Source of the DNA: a virus
Length of the DNA: 64,000 nt
IMG/VR virus record: IMGVR_UViG_3300050821_009780
Span: 79,504 to 143,503 of that record
Strand: one strand, 5' to 3'
The position numbers were made by a program, and so were the translations under genes. Shown here one piece after another: positions 18,357-26,483 of the stretch (position 1 is its first letter; each line of letters begins with the position of its first letter). The notes beneath the pieces were generated by a model. The model did no database searches. It worked only from the letters and a program-made list of their open reading frames with translations, and had not been told where the DNA came from.

Positions 18357-18690
18357 TTTCGATTACCACCAGTTCCGGCCGGAGAATTCCGATTGCGTAA
18401 GCCATGTACGTCCACACGCCGCTGCGGGTGCCGGGGCGCAGCCCGGCCCGCTGGCCGGCGCAGGACACGTCCTGGCAGGGGAACCCCCCGCAGAAGATGT
18501 CCACCGGCTCGACCTGGTCCCACTCCACGGTGCTGATGTCGCCCAGGTTCGGCACGTCCGGGTAGCGCTGCTTGAGCAGCAGGGACACATCCGGGTCGTT
18601 GTCGGCAACCCAGGCCAGCTCGGCGCCGAACACGGCCTCGACGGCCCCGTCCAGGCCGGCGTAGCCGGTGCAGGCCGACCCGAGCCTCAC
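18109..18690 (-). CDS. C5 cytosine methyltransferase N-terminal subunit (motifs I-VIII)
   Basis: SACTGYAGLD, GDI, GGFPCQDVS (catalytic PC), IENV and HRRERIF motifs. Confidence 0.88.
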   Translation of the reverse strand: MRLGSACTGYAGLDGAVEAVFGAELAWVADNDPDVSLLLKQRYPDVPNLGDISTVEWDQVEPVDIFCGGFPCQDVSCAGQRAGLRPGTRSGVWTYMAYAIGILRPELVVIENVRGICSASAHSDVESCEICLGKRAGHALRALGAVLGDLSTLGYDAEWQNVRASDAGSCHRRERIFITAWPAAPDALGDAGQ

Positions 18691-18977
18691 CGGTGCCCCG
18701 CCACCCAGCGGTGATGCGCAGCCCGGACCCTCATGTGACGCGGCAGGGTAACAGTCATGATGGACTGCCAGCCGTTCCTCTTGGCCCGGAACCCGTAGGA
18801 CGGCGGATCGCACATGGTGCAGAGCCAGCGCCACGGGTACTCTCCCCAGCCGTGGCTCTCAGCGTAGCCGCCCTTGCCGTAAAGGATGAACCGATCGCGC
18901 CAAACATAGAACCTGCGCTCGGTCGGGCGCCGGTAGTTCGTGCTGGGCGGGTTACGCCAGCTGGTCTGGATTTTCAC
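18687..18977 (-). CDS. Hypothetical protein
   Basis: GTGA-coupled to the MTase gene. Confidence 0.5.
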   Translation of the reverse strand: MKIQTSWRNPPSTNYRRPTERRFYVWRDRFILYGKGGYAESHGWGEYPWRWLCTMCDPPSYGFRAKRNGWQSIMTVTLPRHMRVRAAHHRWVAGHR

Positions 18978-19191
18978 AGCCCCGCTCGTCCCCCAGGTCG
19001 TCGTCCAGAACGGCAGCGGCATCTGCCCGCAGCAGCTCCTCGTAACGCTCGTCGTCGGTCAGCAGGTTCACTTCCCTGGACGGCCGGCGCTCCTGCACTG
19101 CATCGAGCAGCTCGCCCTGCTCCGCAGGACTATCCCCGAACTCCTGGCCGTAGCCGTGCGTCGGCTTGGTGAACCCCGGCGAGTCACACAC
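18952..19191 (-). CDS. Hypothetical acidic protein
   Basis: Strong AAGGAGG RBS before GTG at 19191. Confidence 0.55.
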   Translation of the reverse strand: MCDSPGFTKPTHGYGQEFGDSPAEQGELLDAVQERRPSREVNLLTDDERYEELLRADAAAVLDDDLGDERGCENPDQLA

Positions 19192-19204
19192 AGATCCTCC
19201 TTGG

Positions 19205-19254
19205 GCAAAAGGGCGGCCCGGCAGGCCACAAGGGGGGCGAGCCTGCCGGGCCGC
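19205..19254 (-). terminator. Probable terminator after the radical SAM gene
   Basis: 14-bp inverted repeat GCGGCCCGGCAGGC/GCCTGCCGGGCCGC, followed by CCTTTT on the minus strand. Confidence 0.55.
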
Positions 19255-19277
19255 AGGGGGTCGGGGGAACCCCTCCC

Positions 19278-22200
19278 TTATACGAGCCTGCTGAGGCCGA
19301 CCGCGAAACCGGACGCTCCCAGCTCGTCCCGGCAGCGGGGGCAGTAGTCCATATCGAACACCTCGCCGAGCAGCCCGGCCGGGACGGCGGTGCCGCAGCC
19401 GATGCACACCGGGCGCAGCAGGCTGCCCTGGAGCGGGTCGGCACCGTCGAAGAACGCGAGCCGACGGGCGGTGTAGCGCATAGCATCCACCCAGGACTTC
19501 TTGCCGCACAGCGGAGCGTACGCCTGGTAGGGGCCGAGCTTGCCGTTGAGGATCATGCGCAGCAGCAGCCGATCAGCGTCGCGGACCAGCCAGGCGTCGG
19601 CGATGTGATCCTTGGCGTTGGCCTCCTCGGCGCTCATGCCGGAGTAGAAACTTTCCTGTTTGAGCAGCACCCGCACCTCGGGAGCCTCATCGTAGGCGCG
19701 CAGGGCGGCGGCGAGGGCCTGCTCGCCTCCCGCCACCTCCAGCTCCCAGAAGGATTTGGGGGTCGCCGGAAGCTGGGACTCCTTGGGGTAAAGCATCCAG
19801 CTCTGAAGGGCCAGCCACGGGTCCAGCTCCGCCTTGAACCAGGCGATGAAATTGTTCATCTTGTGCGGCTGACGGGTGAGGCCGAACTCGGCGTAGTCCG
19901 TCCCGGCACTGCGGTCGCGGAACTTGTAGGCATCGCTGACGATGCGGACCGACCGCTTGGCGATGGGCGGGAACCCCTCGGTGTGCTCCTGGGCGCGGTA
20001 GGCGGCGCGGCGGATGGCGAACTTCCAGTGCGCGTTCGACACGAACCGGTGCTTCTCCGACCGTTCGTACCGGAACCGGACCTTGCACGCGACGGTGGTC
20101 TGATCGAGGGGGCGGACCGGCCGGGCCTCCAGGTCGCGGTCGGTCGCCTTGAGGTAGCCCTGGCGGATCTTCAGGTCGGTCTTGTCGCAGCAGCCGCAGG
20201 TGTTGCCGGAGCAGTGCTGGTCGCAGCGGGCAATCCACTCGCTGCCGCGGTAGCTCTCGTCGAACTGCTCGTCGTAGCTCTCGCTGTCGGTTCCCTCCAG
20301 GAACTGCACCATGTGCCGGTAGGCGCCCCACATGAGCTGCTTGGAGACGCCGGTGTCGATGTGCTCCCAGCCGAACAGGTCGTCCTCGCCCATCTCCAGG
20401 AACAGGTCGTCCAGCCCGTTGCGGAACCCGTGGTTCTTCAGCGCGGCGTTGAGCCGGTCCTTCATGTCCTTGGCGACGCCGCCCCAGCAGCCGGCGGCGA
20501 GGTCCTCGATCACGTCGGTGATGGCCTCCCCGGCGTCGCGGCTGGCCCGCTGGCACGCCTGGAACAGGGCGATCTTCTCCGGCTGGGCCTTGCTGCCGAG
20601 CTTCATCTCGATCCGCTGGTCGCGGAGGTCGGCCATGGCCTGCTGGAGGGTGTAGTCGGGGGCGGTGGGGGCGAACCACTGCATGGGGGTCTGCGCCTCG
20701 ATGAGCAGCGGCGTCCAGGAGAACTGGATCCGCACGCCGGGCTGGCCGAGCTGCTCGCGGATCTCTGCCAGCCGCTGGCCGAGCCTGACGATCCGCATGA
20801 CATCCCCCGCTTCCTCGCCGGGCATGTTGGAGATCATGAACAGCTTGACCTTGCGGATGCCGGCCCGGATGGCACGGGTGACGGCCTCCTCGACGTCCTG
20901 GTCGGAGACGCCCTTGCCGATCAGGTCGCGCATCCGCTGGCTGTTGCCCTCCAGGCCGAGGGTGACCGCATCGGTACCGCCGAAAGCGAGCAGCATGGAG
21001 TAATCCGGGTCGCCGATGAAGTCATCTACCCGCATCGCCCCGGTATCCACCTCGTCGGACACCTGCTCCAGCAGCCCGCCGAGCAGCTCCTTCTTGCGGG
21101 TGTACATGGGGAAGTCGGGGCCGTAAGGAGACAACTCGTTCGATCCCATGTTGAGCCGCCACTGCCTGGCCTGCTCGATCAGGTACTCCACGCTGTGCTC
21201 GCGGTAGGGCTTGTCCACGTAGGTGAGGTGGCAGTTCATCGTAAACACGCCGTCCGCCAGCGAGAAGCGGTGCGAACCCGGCACAGTCAGGCAGTAGACC
21301 TCCTGCGGCTTGTCCAGCGGCTCGATGGCCTCAACGCACCACCCGTGCCTTTCCGGCTTGACCAGGGTGTGCTGCATGAGCGGAGCGCTACGCGGCCCGA
21401 AGTTGGTTACGTCGGAACGGCTCTGACAGCAACCGACGTACACCCAGCCTCCCTGCGCAGCGTGTCGCTCCAGCCACTGGCTGGGAGACGTGTCGCCATG
21501 GTGCTGAGCACTGTACTGCGCAGCAAGAACATAAGAGGTCTCCTTAGCACGCAGGGTGCCATCTGCGGCAAGCCAGCCTTCCAGGAACCCAGCTACGTAA
21601 GCGGTATCAACTGCGGGCGAAGGCCATGACTTGACATCGAAGGCGGCCCACCCATAGACCACAACATCACCCTTGGCGTAATCCGGGTTCTGAATGGAAC
21701 TGACCCGGAGGTCAGGGCGGACAGCCCAAGAATCCCGGTCGTCCTGGTCAGGCTGCCAAAACTTCTCGAACCAAGGCCGAACGGCGGCGTCCTTGCCAAA
21801 CAGGCGCACCTTGAAGGAACCCGACAGCACAGGCCGCCGTTCACCGGTAGAGAGCTTCCGCTGGTGGCCGTCCCCGAACAGGAACCCGTGCACCCGGCCG
21901 AGGTCGTAGCTCGACCCGTCGTACTGCACCGAGGCAGCAGCAGCAGGCACAAAGTCTCCAGCCCGTAGCGCATGCGTCTCCGTACCATCTACCAGCTCCC
22001 AGCCATGCGCCGCAGTGGCTGTGACCTGAACCCGATGCGTGGCCTTGGGGTTACGTCGCCAGGCTCCGTTCGCCGTTCCGCAGTCGGCGGGACGGAAGGT
22101 GATGCGCTGCACCGCCTGGACCCCGTGCGACTCTACGGTAGCGCTAGCCCAAGCCGCGCCATCCCAGACCTCAGCCTTCCCGACCCCGTGCAACCAGTCG

Positions 22201-23156
22201 ATGGATGAGATGCCCCACTCGCGAGACAAAACCTGAGTCTCCCCGATCAACGGGAAGCTGCACCAGGCCGGGCAGCCCTTGCCTGCCTCGATGTCCCCCG
22301 CGCCCATGCCCGGGTCGGAGTACAGCAGCGGGGCCTGGGTGTGCGGGGCGGCGCTGTCCAGGTCCTTGACGTACCGCTTCTTGAACCTGACCGCCGGGCC
22401 GCCGAGCGCCGTAGGGCCGGACCACCCGCTCACCAGCTTGGTCGGCTCGGGCAGCCCGCGGTCCTCGTACCTGTAGCCGAACTCCACCTCGCGGGGGAAG
22501 TACAGGAACGGGAACTCCACCGCCAGCATCCGGTAGCACATGGACCGCTCGGCCCGCCACAGGCCGTCCGCCTTCATGTCCGCGATGGCTTCCATGACCA
22601 CCGAGATGCCGGGGTTGCCGGGGGCGTCCTCGGCCTCGCCGAGGAAGACGCAGTCCACTACCGGGGCCATGAACTCGGGGTGGCTCCACGCCTGCCCGCC
22701 GGCCATGACCATGGGGTAGGCACCCGGGTCACCCAGGCGGTCGCGCCAGCGCAGCGGGATGCCACTTACCCGGAGGTACTGGCAGAAGTTGAGCCAGAGG
22801 ACGGTGTAAGAAATAGAAGTAGCGAAGACGTCGAAGTCCTGTACGCCGTGCTTGGTCTCAATCCCGAAGACAGGTAGACCCGCCCGCTCCAGCAGGCGGA
22901 AGTCACGTGGGGTGGCAGGCAGGTAGAAACGGTCACAGAGCGCTCCAGGAGAGTCGTTGACGCACCGGTAGACGACCGGGGTGGAGTTGTTCCCCGCCGC
23001 CTGCATGTACGGCCAGGAGGCCGCCAGGAGCATGCGGACGGACGCCTGGTCCCACGGCTTACGGACGGAGCCCGGCTCGTCGCCCAGGTATGCCTCGGGG
23101 CCGTCCAGCTTCCACAGATTGCCGTCCAGCCAGCGCTGGATATGCCCAGGGTCCAC
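19278..23156 (-). CDS. TIGR03960-type (B12-binding-like) radical SAM protein fused to a DUF2344/TIGR03936-like domain; intein-containing
   Basis: GIETKHGVQDFDVFATSISY...GIPLRW.DR...AGG...PE...FLGEAED N-terminal domain; KGCPAWCSF[intein]C; EGNSQRMR and KLFMISNMPGE; C-terminal VRFRYERSEKHRFVS...IRRAAYRA and a terminal CxxC-CxxC. Confidence 0.85.
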   Translation of the reverse strand: MDPGHIQRWLDGNLWKLDGPEAYLGDEPGSVRKPWDQASVRMLLAASWPYMQAAGNNSTPVVYRCVNDSPGALCDRFYLPATPRDFRLLERAGLPVFGIETKHGVQDFDVFATSISYTVLWLNFCQYLRVSGIPLRWRDRLGDPGAYPMVMAGGQAWSHPEFMAPVVDCVFLGEAEDAPGNPGISVVMEAIADMKADGLWRAERSMCYRMLAVEFPFLYFPREVEFGYRYEDRGLPEPTKLVSGWSGPTALGGPAVRFKKRYVKDLDSAAPHTQAPLLYSDPGMGAGDIEAGKGCPAWCSFPLIGETQVLSREWGISSIDWLHGVGKAEVWDGAAWASATVESHGVQAVQRITFRPADCGTANGAWRRNPKATHRVQVTATAAHGWELVDGTETHALRAGDFVPAAAASVQYDGSSYDLGRVHGFLFGDGHQRKLSTGERRPVLSGSFKVRLFGKDAAVRPWFEKFWQPDQDDRDSWAVRPDLRVSSIQNPDYAKGDVVVYGWAAFDVKSWPSPAVDTAYVAGFLEGWLAADGTLRAKETSYVLAAQYSAQHHGDTSPSQWLERHAAQGGWVYVGCCQSRSDVTNFGPRSAPLMQHTLVKPERHGWCVEAIEPLDKPQEVYCLTVPGSHRFSLADGVFTMNCHLTYVDKPYREHSVEYLIEQARQWRLNMGSNELSPYGPDFPMYTRKKELLGGLLEQVSDEVDTGAMRVDDFIGDPDYSMLLAFGGTDAVTLGLEGNSQRMRDLIGKGVSDQDVEEAVTRAIRAGIRKVKLFMISNMPGEEAGDVMRIVRLGQRLAEIREQLGQPGVRIQFSWTPLLIEAQTPMQWFAPTAPDYTLQQAMADLRDQRIEMKLGSKAQPEKIALFQACQRASRDAGEAITDVIEDLAAGCWGGVAKDMKDRLNAALKNHGFRNGLDDLFLEMGEDDLFGWEHIDTGVSKQLMWGAYRHMVQFLEGTDSESYDEQFDESYRGSEWIARCDQHCSGNTCGCCDKTDLKIRQGYLKATDRDLEARPVRPLDQTTVACKVRFRYERSEKHRFVSNAHWKFAIRRAAYRAQEHTEGFPPIAKRSVRIVSDAYKFRDRSAGTDYAEFGLTRQPHKMNNFIAWFKAELDPWLALQSWMLYPKESQLPATPKSFWELEVAGGEQALAAALRAYDEAPEVRVLLKQESFYSGMSAEEANAKDHIADAWLVRDADRLLLRMILNGKLGPYQAYAPLCGKKSWVDAMRYTARRLAFFDGADPLQGSLLRPVCIGCGTAVPAGLLGEVFDMDYCPRCRDELGASGFAVGLSRLV
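21234..22253 (-). mobile_element. Class 3 intein (340 aa) with LAGLIDADG homing endonuclease
   Basis: Starts PLIGET; block B TAAHGW; LAGLIDADG-like HGFLFGDG and EGWLAADG; block F VYCLTV; ends FTMN|C. Visibly more AT-rich than its flanks. Confidence 0.88.
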
Positions 23157-23165
23157 GGCTACATC

Positions 23166-23420
23166 CTATCCGGTTTTCCGCTTCCACCGGGGGTGCGGCT
23201 TGGTTCGGTGCACCACGTGCCGCGTAGCCCAGGCAATGTCCCTGCGGTTGCAGAAGTCCCCCGCCCAGCCGAGCACCGCGCGCCAGCCGGTCGGGTGCTG
23301 CGGGATGTCCCAGCGCAGGCCCTTGCCGTGGGGGCGGACACCGTAGAAGAAGCCCTCCAGCCGTTCCCACGGCCCCTCGTAGTCGATGCACAGCAGGAGC
23401 CGCCTGTCCTCGTCTAGCAC
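23166..23420 (-). CDS. Hypothetical protein
   Basis: Tightly packed minus-strand ORF. Confidence 0.5.
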   Translation of the reverse strand: MLDEDRRLLLCIDYEGPWERLEGFFYGVRPHGKGLRWDIPQHPTGWRAVLGWAGDFCNRRDIAWATRHVVHRTKPHPRWKRKTG

Positions 23421-23620
23421 TACAGGTCTTCCCGGTGCACTTCGAGGATGCGGTTCCGCAGCTCGCGCTCCAGCTTCTCCAGGCCGAAGCTATCCACCTG
23501 GTGGAGCACGACGAACTTGCTGCCGCGCGTGAGCCCGTCGCCGTGGAACCGCGCCACGTCCCGGACAATATCCCACTCGGGATTGTTCTTCGGGTGATCC
23601 AGCTTGATGCGGAACTTCAC
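23420..23620 (-). CDS. Hypothetical protein
   Basis: Tightly packed minus-strand ORF. Confidence 0.5.
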   Translation of the reverse strand: MKFRIKLDHPKNNPEWDIVRDVARFHGDGLTRGSKFVVLHQVDSFGLEKLERELRNRILEVHREDL

Positions 23621-24264
23621 TCGGACTCCCCCTCGTGGACCTCGGTCACCCCGTCCGCCCCTAGTACAAGGCGGTAACGTGCGTCGGCCAGGTCACCGAA
23701 GGCCGTGCTGTGCGTGACGAGCAGGATCTGCACTCCAGCCTTGTCAGCGACCTCACGCAGGAACTCGGCCACCCGAGGCTCATAGGACGCTGAGACGTGG
23801 GCAAATGACTCGTCCAGTGCCAGAAAGCGGCGCGCTCCCGGGGTGAGCAGGAGCACGACCAGCCGTAGAACGAATCCCACGACAGCAGCCATCCCTCCGC
23901 CCCGGGCATCCAGCACTGGAGTCTCGACCACGTCATCTCCGTAGCTGCTCCTGATCACGAAGTCCACCTCGGCGCGGTTCGCCTTAACGGACGGGACCAT
24001 GTGGAAGGTCAGGTTCTCGGAGAAGATCACCTGCAGCGCCCGGGTGACCAGCCCCTCGACCTGCTGCCGGGCGGATTCCTGGCGCTCCTCGCCGATGGTG
24101 GTGAGCAGCGCGCACGCCTTCTCGTGCAGCTCCTGGGCGGCGCGCAGCTCGCGGACCCGCTCCTGAGCCTCCTTGCCCTGCCGGGCCACCTGGGCGGCCT
24201 GCCCGGCCTCCCGGTCCAGGCCCCGCTGCACCTGGGCCAGGCGCGCGGACAGCGCAGGAATCAC
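23617..24264 (-). CDS. Rad50/SbcC-like ABC ATPase, C-terminal half
   Basis: Coiled coil, then signature-like RGGG, Walker B/D-loop LALDESFAHVS and H-loop LVTH. Confidence 0.8.
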   Translation of the reverse strand: MIPALSARLAQVQRGLDREAGQAAQVARQGKEAQERVRELRAAQELHEKACALLTTIGEERQESARQQVEGLVTRALQVIFSENLTFHMVPSVKANRAEVDFVIRSSYGDDVVETPVLDARGGGMAAVVGFVLRLVVLLLTPGARRFLALDESFAHVSASYEPRVAEFLREVADKAGVQILLVTHSTAFGDLADARYRLVLGADGVTEVHEGESE

Positions 24265-24467
24265 TGCCCTCCGCCGATCCAGATGCCCTTCTTCTGCGGG
24301 GAACAGCACGAGCACCGGGCCCGCCTGACGGTACCGTCCTCCGCAACTATCAGCGGCAGTCCCTCGTGGCTGTGCGCCTTGGAGGAGTGCTCCTTGTGCT
24401 TCAGCCTGCGCCGCTGCGCCGGGGTGGGGCTGCTGCCGTACAGCTTCGCGCGCTCTTCATGCGTCAT
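24261..24467 (-). CDS. Hypothetical basic protein
   Basis: MTHEERAKLYG...; GTGA-coupled. Confidence 0.45.
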   Translation of the reverse strand: MTHEERAKLYGSSPTPAQRRRLKHKEHSSKAHSHEGLPLIVAEDGTVRRARCSCCSPQKKGIWIGGGQ

Positions 24468-24474
24468 AGCCCTG

Positions 24475-24849
24475 CTACGCCACCCAGCCGCGCTGGCGGG
24501 CCCGGGCCAGCGCGACCCCGCACCCCTCGTCCCACAGGGTGCGGAACTCCTCCTCGGACAGCGGCCTCGTGCTGGGCTGGACCCCGGCAGAGCTGTCCTG
24601 GTGCGCCTCGGTGTACTCCGGCCAGGCGTCCTCCCGGCTGGCGGACAGCACCTGGACCTGCGCGGCCTTGGTCCCCCGGTCGCCGTGCTCCTCCTCGTAG
24701 GACACCCGGACGCCTGGGCGGAGCTGGCGCGCATCGCCGCCGCGGGCGAGCGCGGAGACGTGCATGAACACGTCCCGGTCGCCGTTGTCGGGGGAGACGA
24801 AGCCGAAGCCCCGGTCGGTGTCGAAACGAACGATCTTCCCGTACTGCAT
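24475..24849 (-). CDS. Cold-shock domain protein
   Basis: GKIVRFDTDRGFGFV (RNP1), DVFMHVSAL (RNP2), actinobacterial-type C-terminal extension. Confidence 0.9.
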   Translation of the reverse strand: MQYGKIVRFDTDRGFGFVSPDNGDRDVFMHVSALARGGDARQLRPGVRVSYEEEHGDRGTKAAQVQVLSASREDAWPEYTEAHQDSSAGVQPSTRPLSEEEFRTLWDEGCGVALARARQRGWVA

Positions 24850-24851
24850 TT

Positions 24852-26051
24852 CTAGTATCCCACCAGCGAAGAAGCCATCTGCGTGAGCACCTGAACGGTC
24901 CCGGTGCCCTCCAGAAGGATAACGGAGCGGCGCTTGCCGAGGTCCTTGCCGAGCCGGAACGCGCAGGTCACATCAGGGTGCGCGGCCAGCATCTCGGCGA
25001 GGAACACGTGGTTGACGCACAGCACCCGCTCCTTGCCGGGCCAGTCGGTGACCAGCTGAACGGGCACGGACGCGGAGTGGCCCACCTGATCGCGGGACAC
25101 CACGGTAACGGTGCTGCCCTCGACGACCAGCGCGATGGCGGCGGTGTCGGCGTCGGCGTTGACCCGGACGCACCGCACGGCAGCCGACAGCTCCTCGCGG
25201 TCCACGGCGAGTACCTGGTCGTTATCCCCCGCCGGGCCGAGCAGCTGCTTGTCCATGTCCGGGAACGGGGTGGAGCGGCGGGCCACGGCGAACACCACGT
25301 GGTCGGCGCGGAACACCAGGGCATCCTCGGTGACGGCCACGCCGACGGCGTCGCCCTGGCTGCCGGACACCAGCCGGACGATGTCGTCCAGGGCCGAGGA
25401 GGGGATGCACATGGGGTGGGGGAACTCGTCCAGCTCGGCGCGGGCGAACCGGGTGCCGTCGGAGGCGGTGATGCGCCTGCCCTCGAACCCGTCCGAGCCT
25501 TCGGGGGCGCCGATCTCCACCTGGGTGAGCATGGGGCGGCCGGCGTCGCGGCACACCGCATGGCGTACCGCCTTCAGCCCGGCGAGGAACTTCTCCGCCG
25601 GGTACAGGAAGAACCCCAGCTCGGACGGCTCCAGCAGCTGCGGGTACTCGCCGCTGTCCGGCAGGGCGAACACCCAGGAGGCGCTCCCGGCGGTGACGGT
25701 CGCCCGATCCTTCTTCACCGCGACGGTAATGCTCTCCTCCGTCGCCTCCTTCAGCACGGCCTGGAGCTTCTTCGCCGGGATGAACGCCTCGGCGGAAGCT
25801 GACTCGTCCACGCTGTCGCCGGTCCACACCGCCTCCGTGGAGGCGAGGACGATGCGCTCCATGTCGGTGGCGGCCAGCTCCAGCCCGGCATGGCTCACCC
25901 GGACCCGGTAGCAGCTAAGCACGGGGAACTGGCCGGAGGAGGGCACCGCCGGTGCCACGGCAGCGGCCAGGGCCTTCAGCACGTACGGCTTGACCCGGAA
26001 GGTGAACTCCCCGTAATCGGTTCCCGCAGCCGGTTCGTCCGCCTCGTTCAC
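24852..26051 (-). CDS. dnaN: DNA polymerase III beta sliding clamp
   Basis: PVLS, LELAATDME, IPAKKL, EYP, RPMLT, ASDGTR and FPD motifs; 399 aa, three-domain size. Confidence 0.85.
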   Translation of the reverse strand: MNEADEPAAGTDYGEFTFRVKPYVLKALAAAVAPAVPSSGQFPVLSCYRVRVSHAGLELAATDMERIVLASTEAVWTGDSVDESASAEAFIPAKKLQAVLKEATEESITVAVKKDRATVTAGSASWVFALPDSGEYPQLLEPSELGFFLYPAEKFLAGLKAVRHAVCRDAGRPMLTQVEIGAPEGSDGFEGRRITASDGTRFARAELDEFPHPMCIPSSALDDIVRLVSGSQGDAVGVAVTEDALVFRADHVVFAVARRSTPFPDMDKQLLGPAGDNDQVLAVDREELSAAVRCVRVNADADTAAIALVVEGSTVTVVSRDQVGHSASVPVQLVTDWPGKERVLCVNHVFLAEMLAAHPDVTCAFRLGKDLGKRRSVILLEGTGTVQVLTQMASSLVGY

Positions 26052-26308
26052 GCCTTCTCCTCCGCCTTATCCAGAAGCTCCTGCACCCTGCGCACCTCGG
26101 CGTCCAGATCGACTGTCAGCTTCTCCGCAAGAGCGGGCACTTCCTCGGGGGTGACCCCGAACTCGTCCTTCAGGGCCTTCTCCGCCTGCTGGGCGCGGTC
26201 CGCCGCGACGGCGTGCTGCTGCTCGGCACGGGCACGGTCCTGCTGCATGCCGACGATGCGCTTCTTCAGCGCGGCCACCCGCGCGTCGAGCGCGCTGGGG
26301 TCAGTCAC
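26048..26308 (-). CDS. Small coiled-coil protein
   Basis: Heptad pattern; coupled to dnaN. Confidence 0.6.
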   Translation of the reverse strand: MTDPSALDARVAALKKRIVGMQQDRARAEQQHAVAADRAQQAEKALKDEFGVTPEEVPALAEKLTVDLDAEVRRVQELLDKAEEKA

Positions 26309-26483
26309 GGCGCACCGCCTCATCCCAGCCTGCCGCAGCCCGGAGATGCCGGGCGAGCGCGGACAGCCGCCATATGACCAGGCCCTGGCAGCTCGAACGG
26401 CGCCGCAGCACGTCAGCGGCCCGCTCCAGGATGACAGCGTCCGCGACCTTGCGCTCCGCGTTCTCCCGCAGGATGTCCCTCAT
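26301..26483 (-). CDS. Hypothetical protein
   Basis: ATGA-coupled. Confidence 0.45.
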   Translation of the reverse strand: MRDILRENAERKVADAVILERAADVLRRRSSCQGLVIWRLSALARHLRAAAGWDEAVRRD

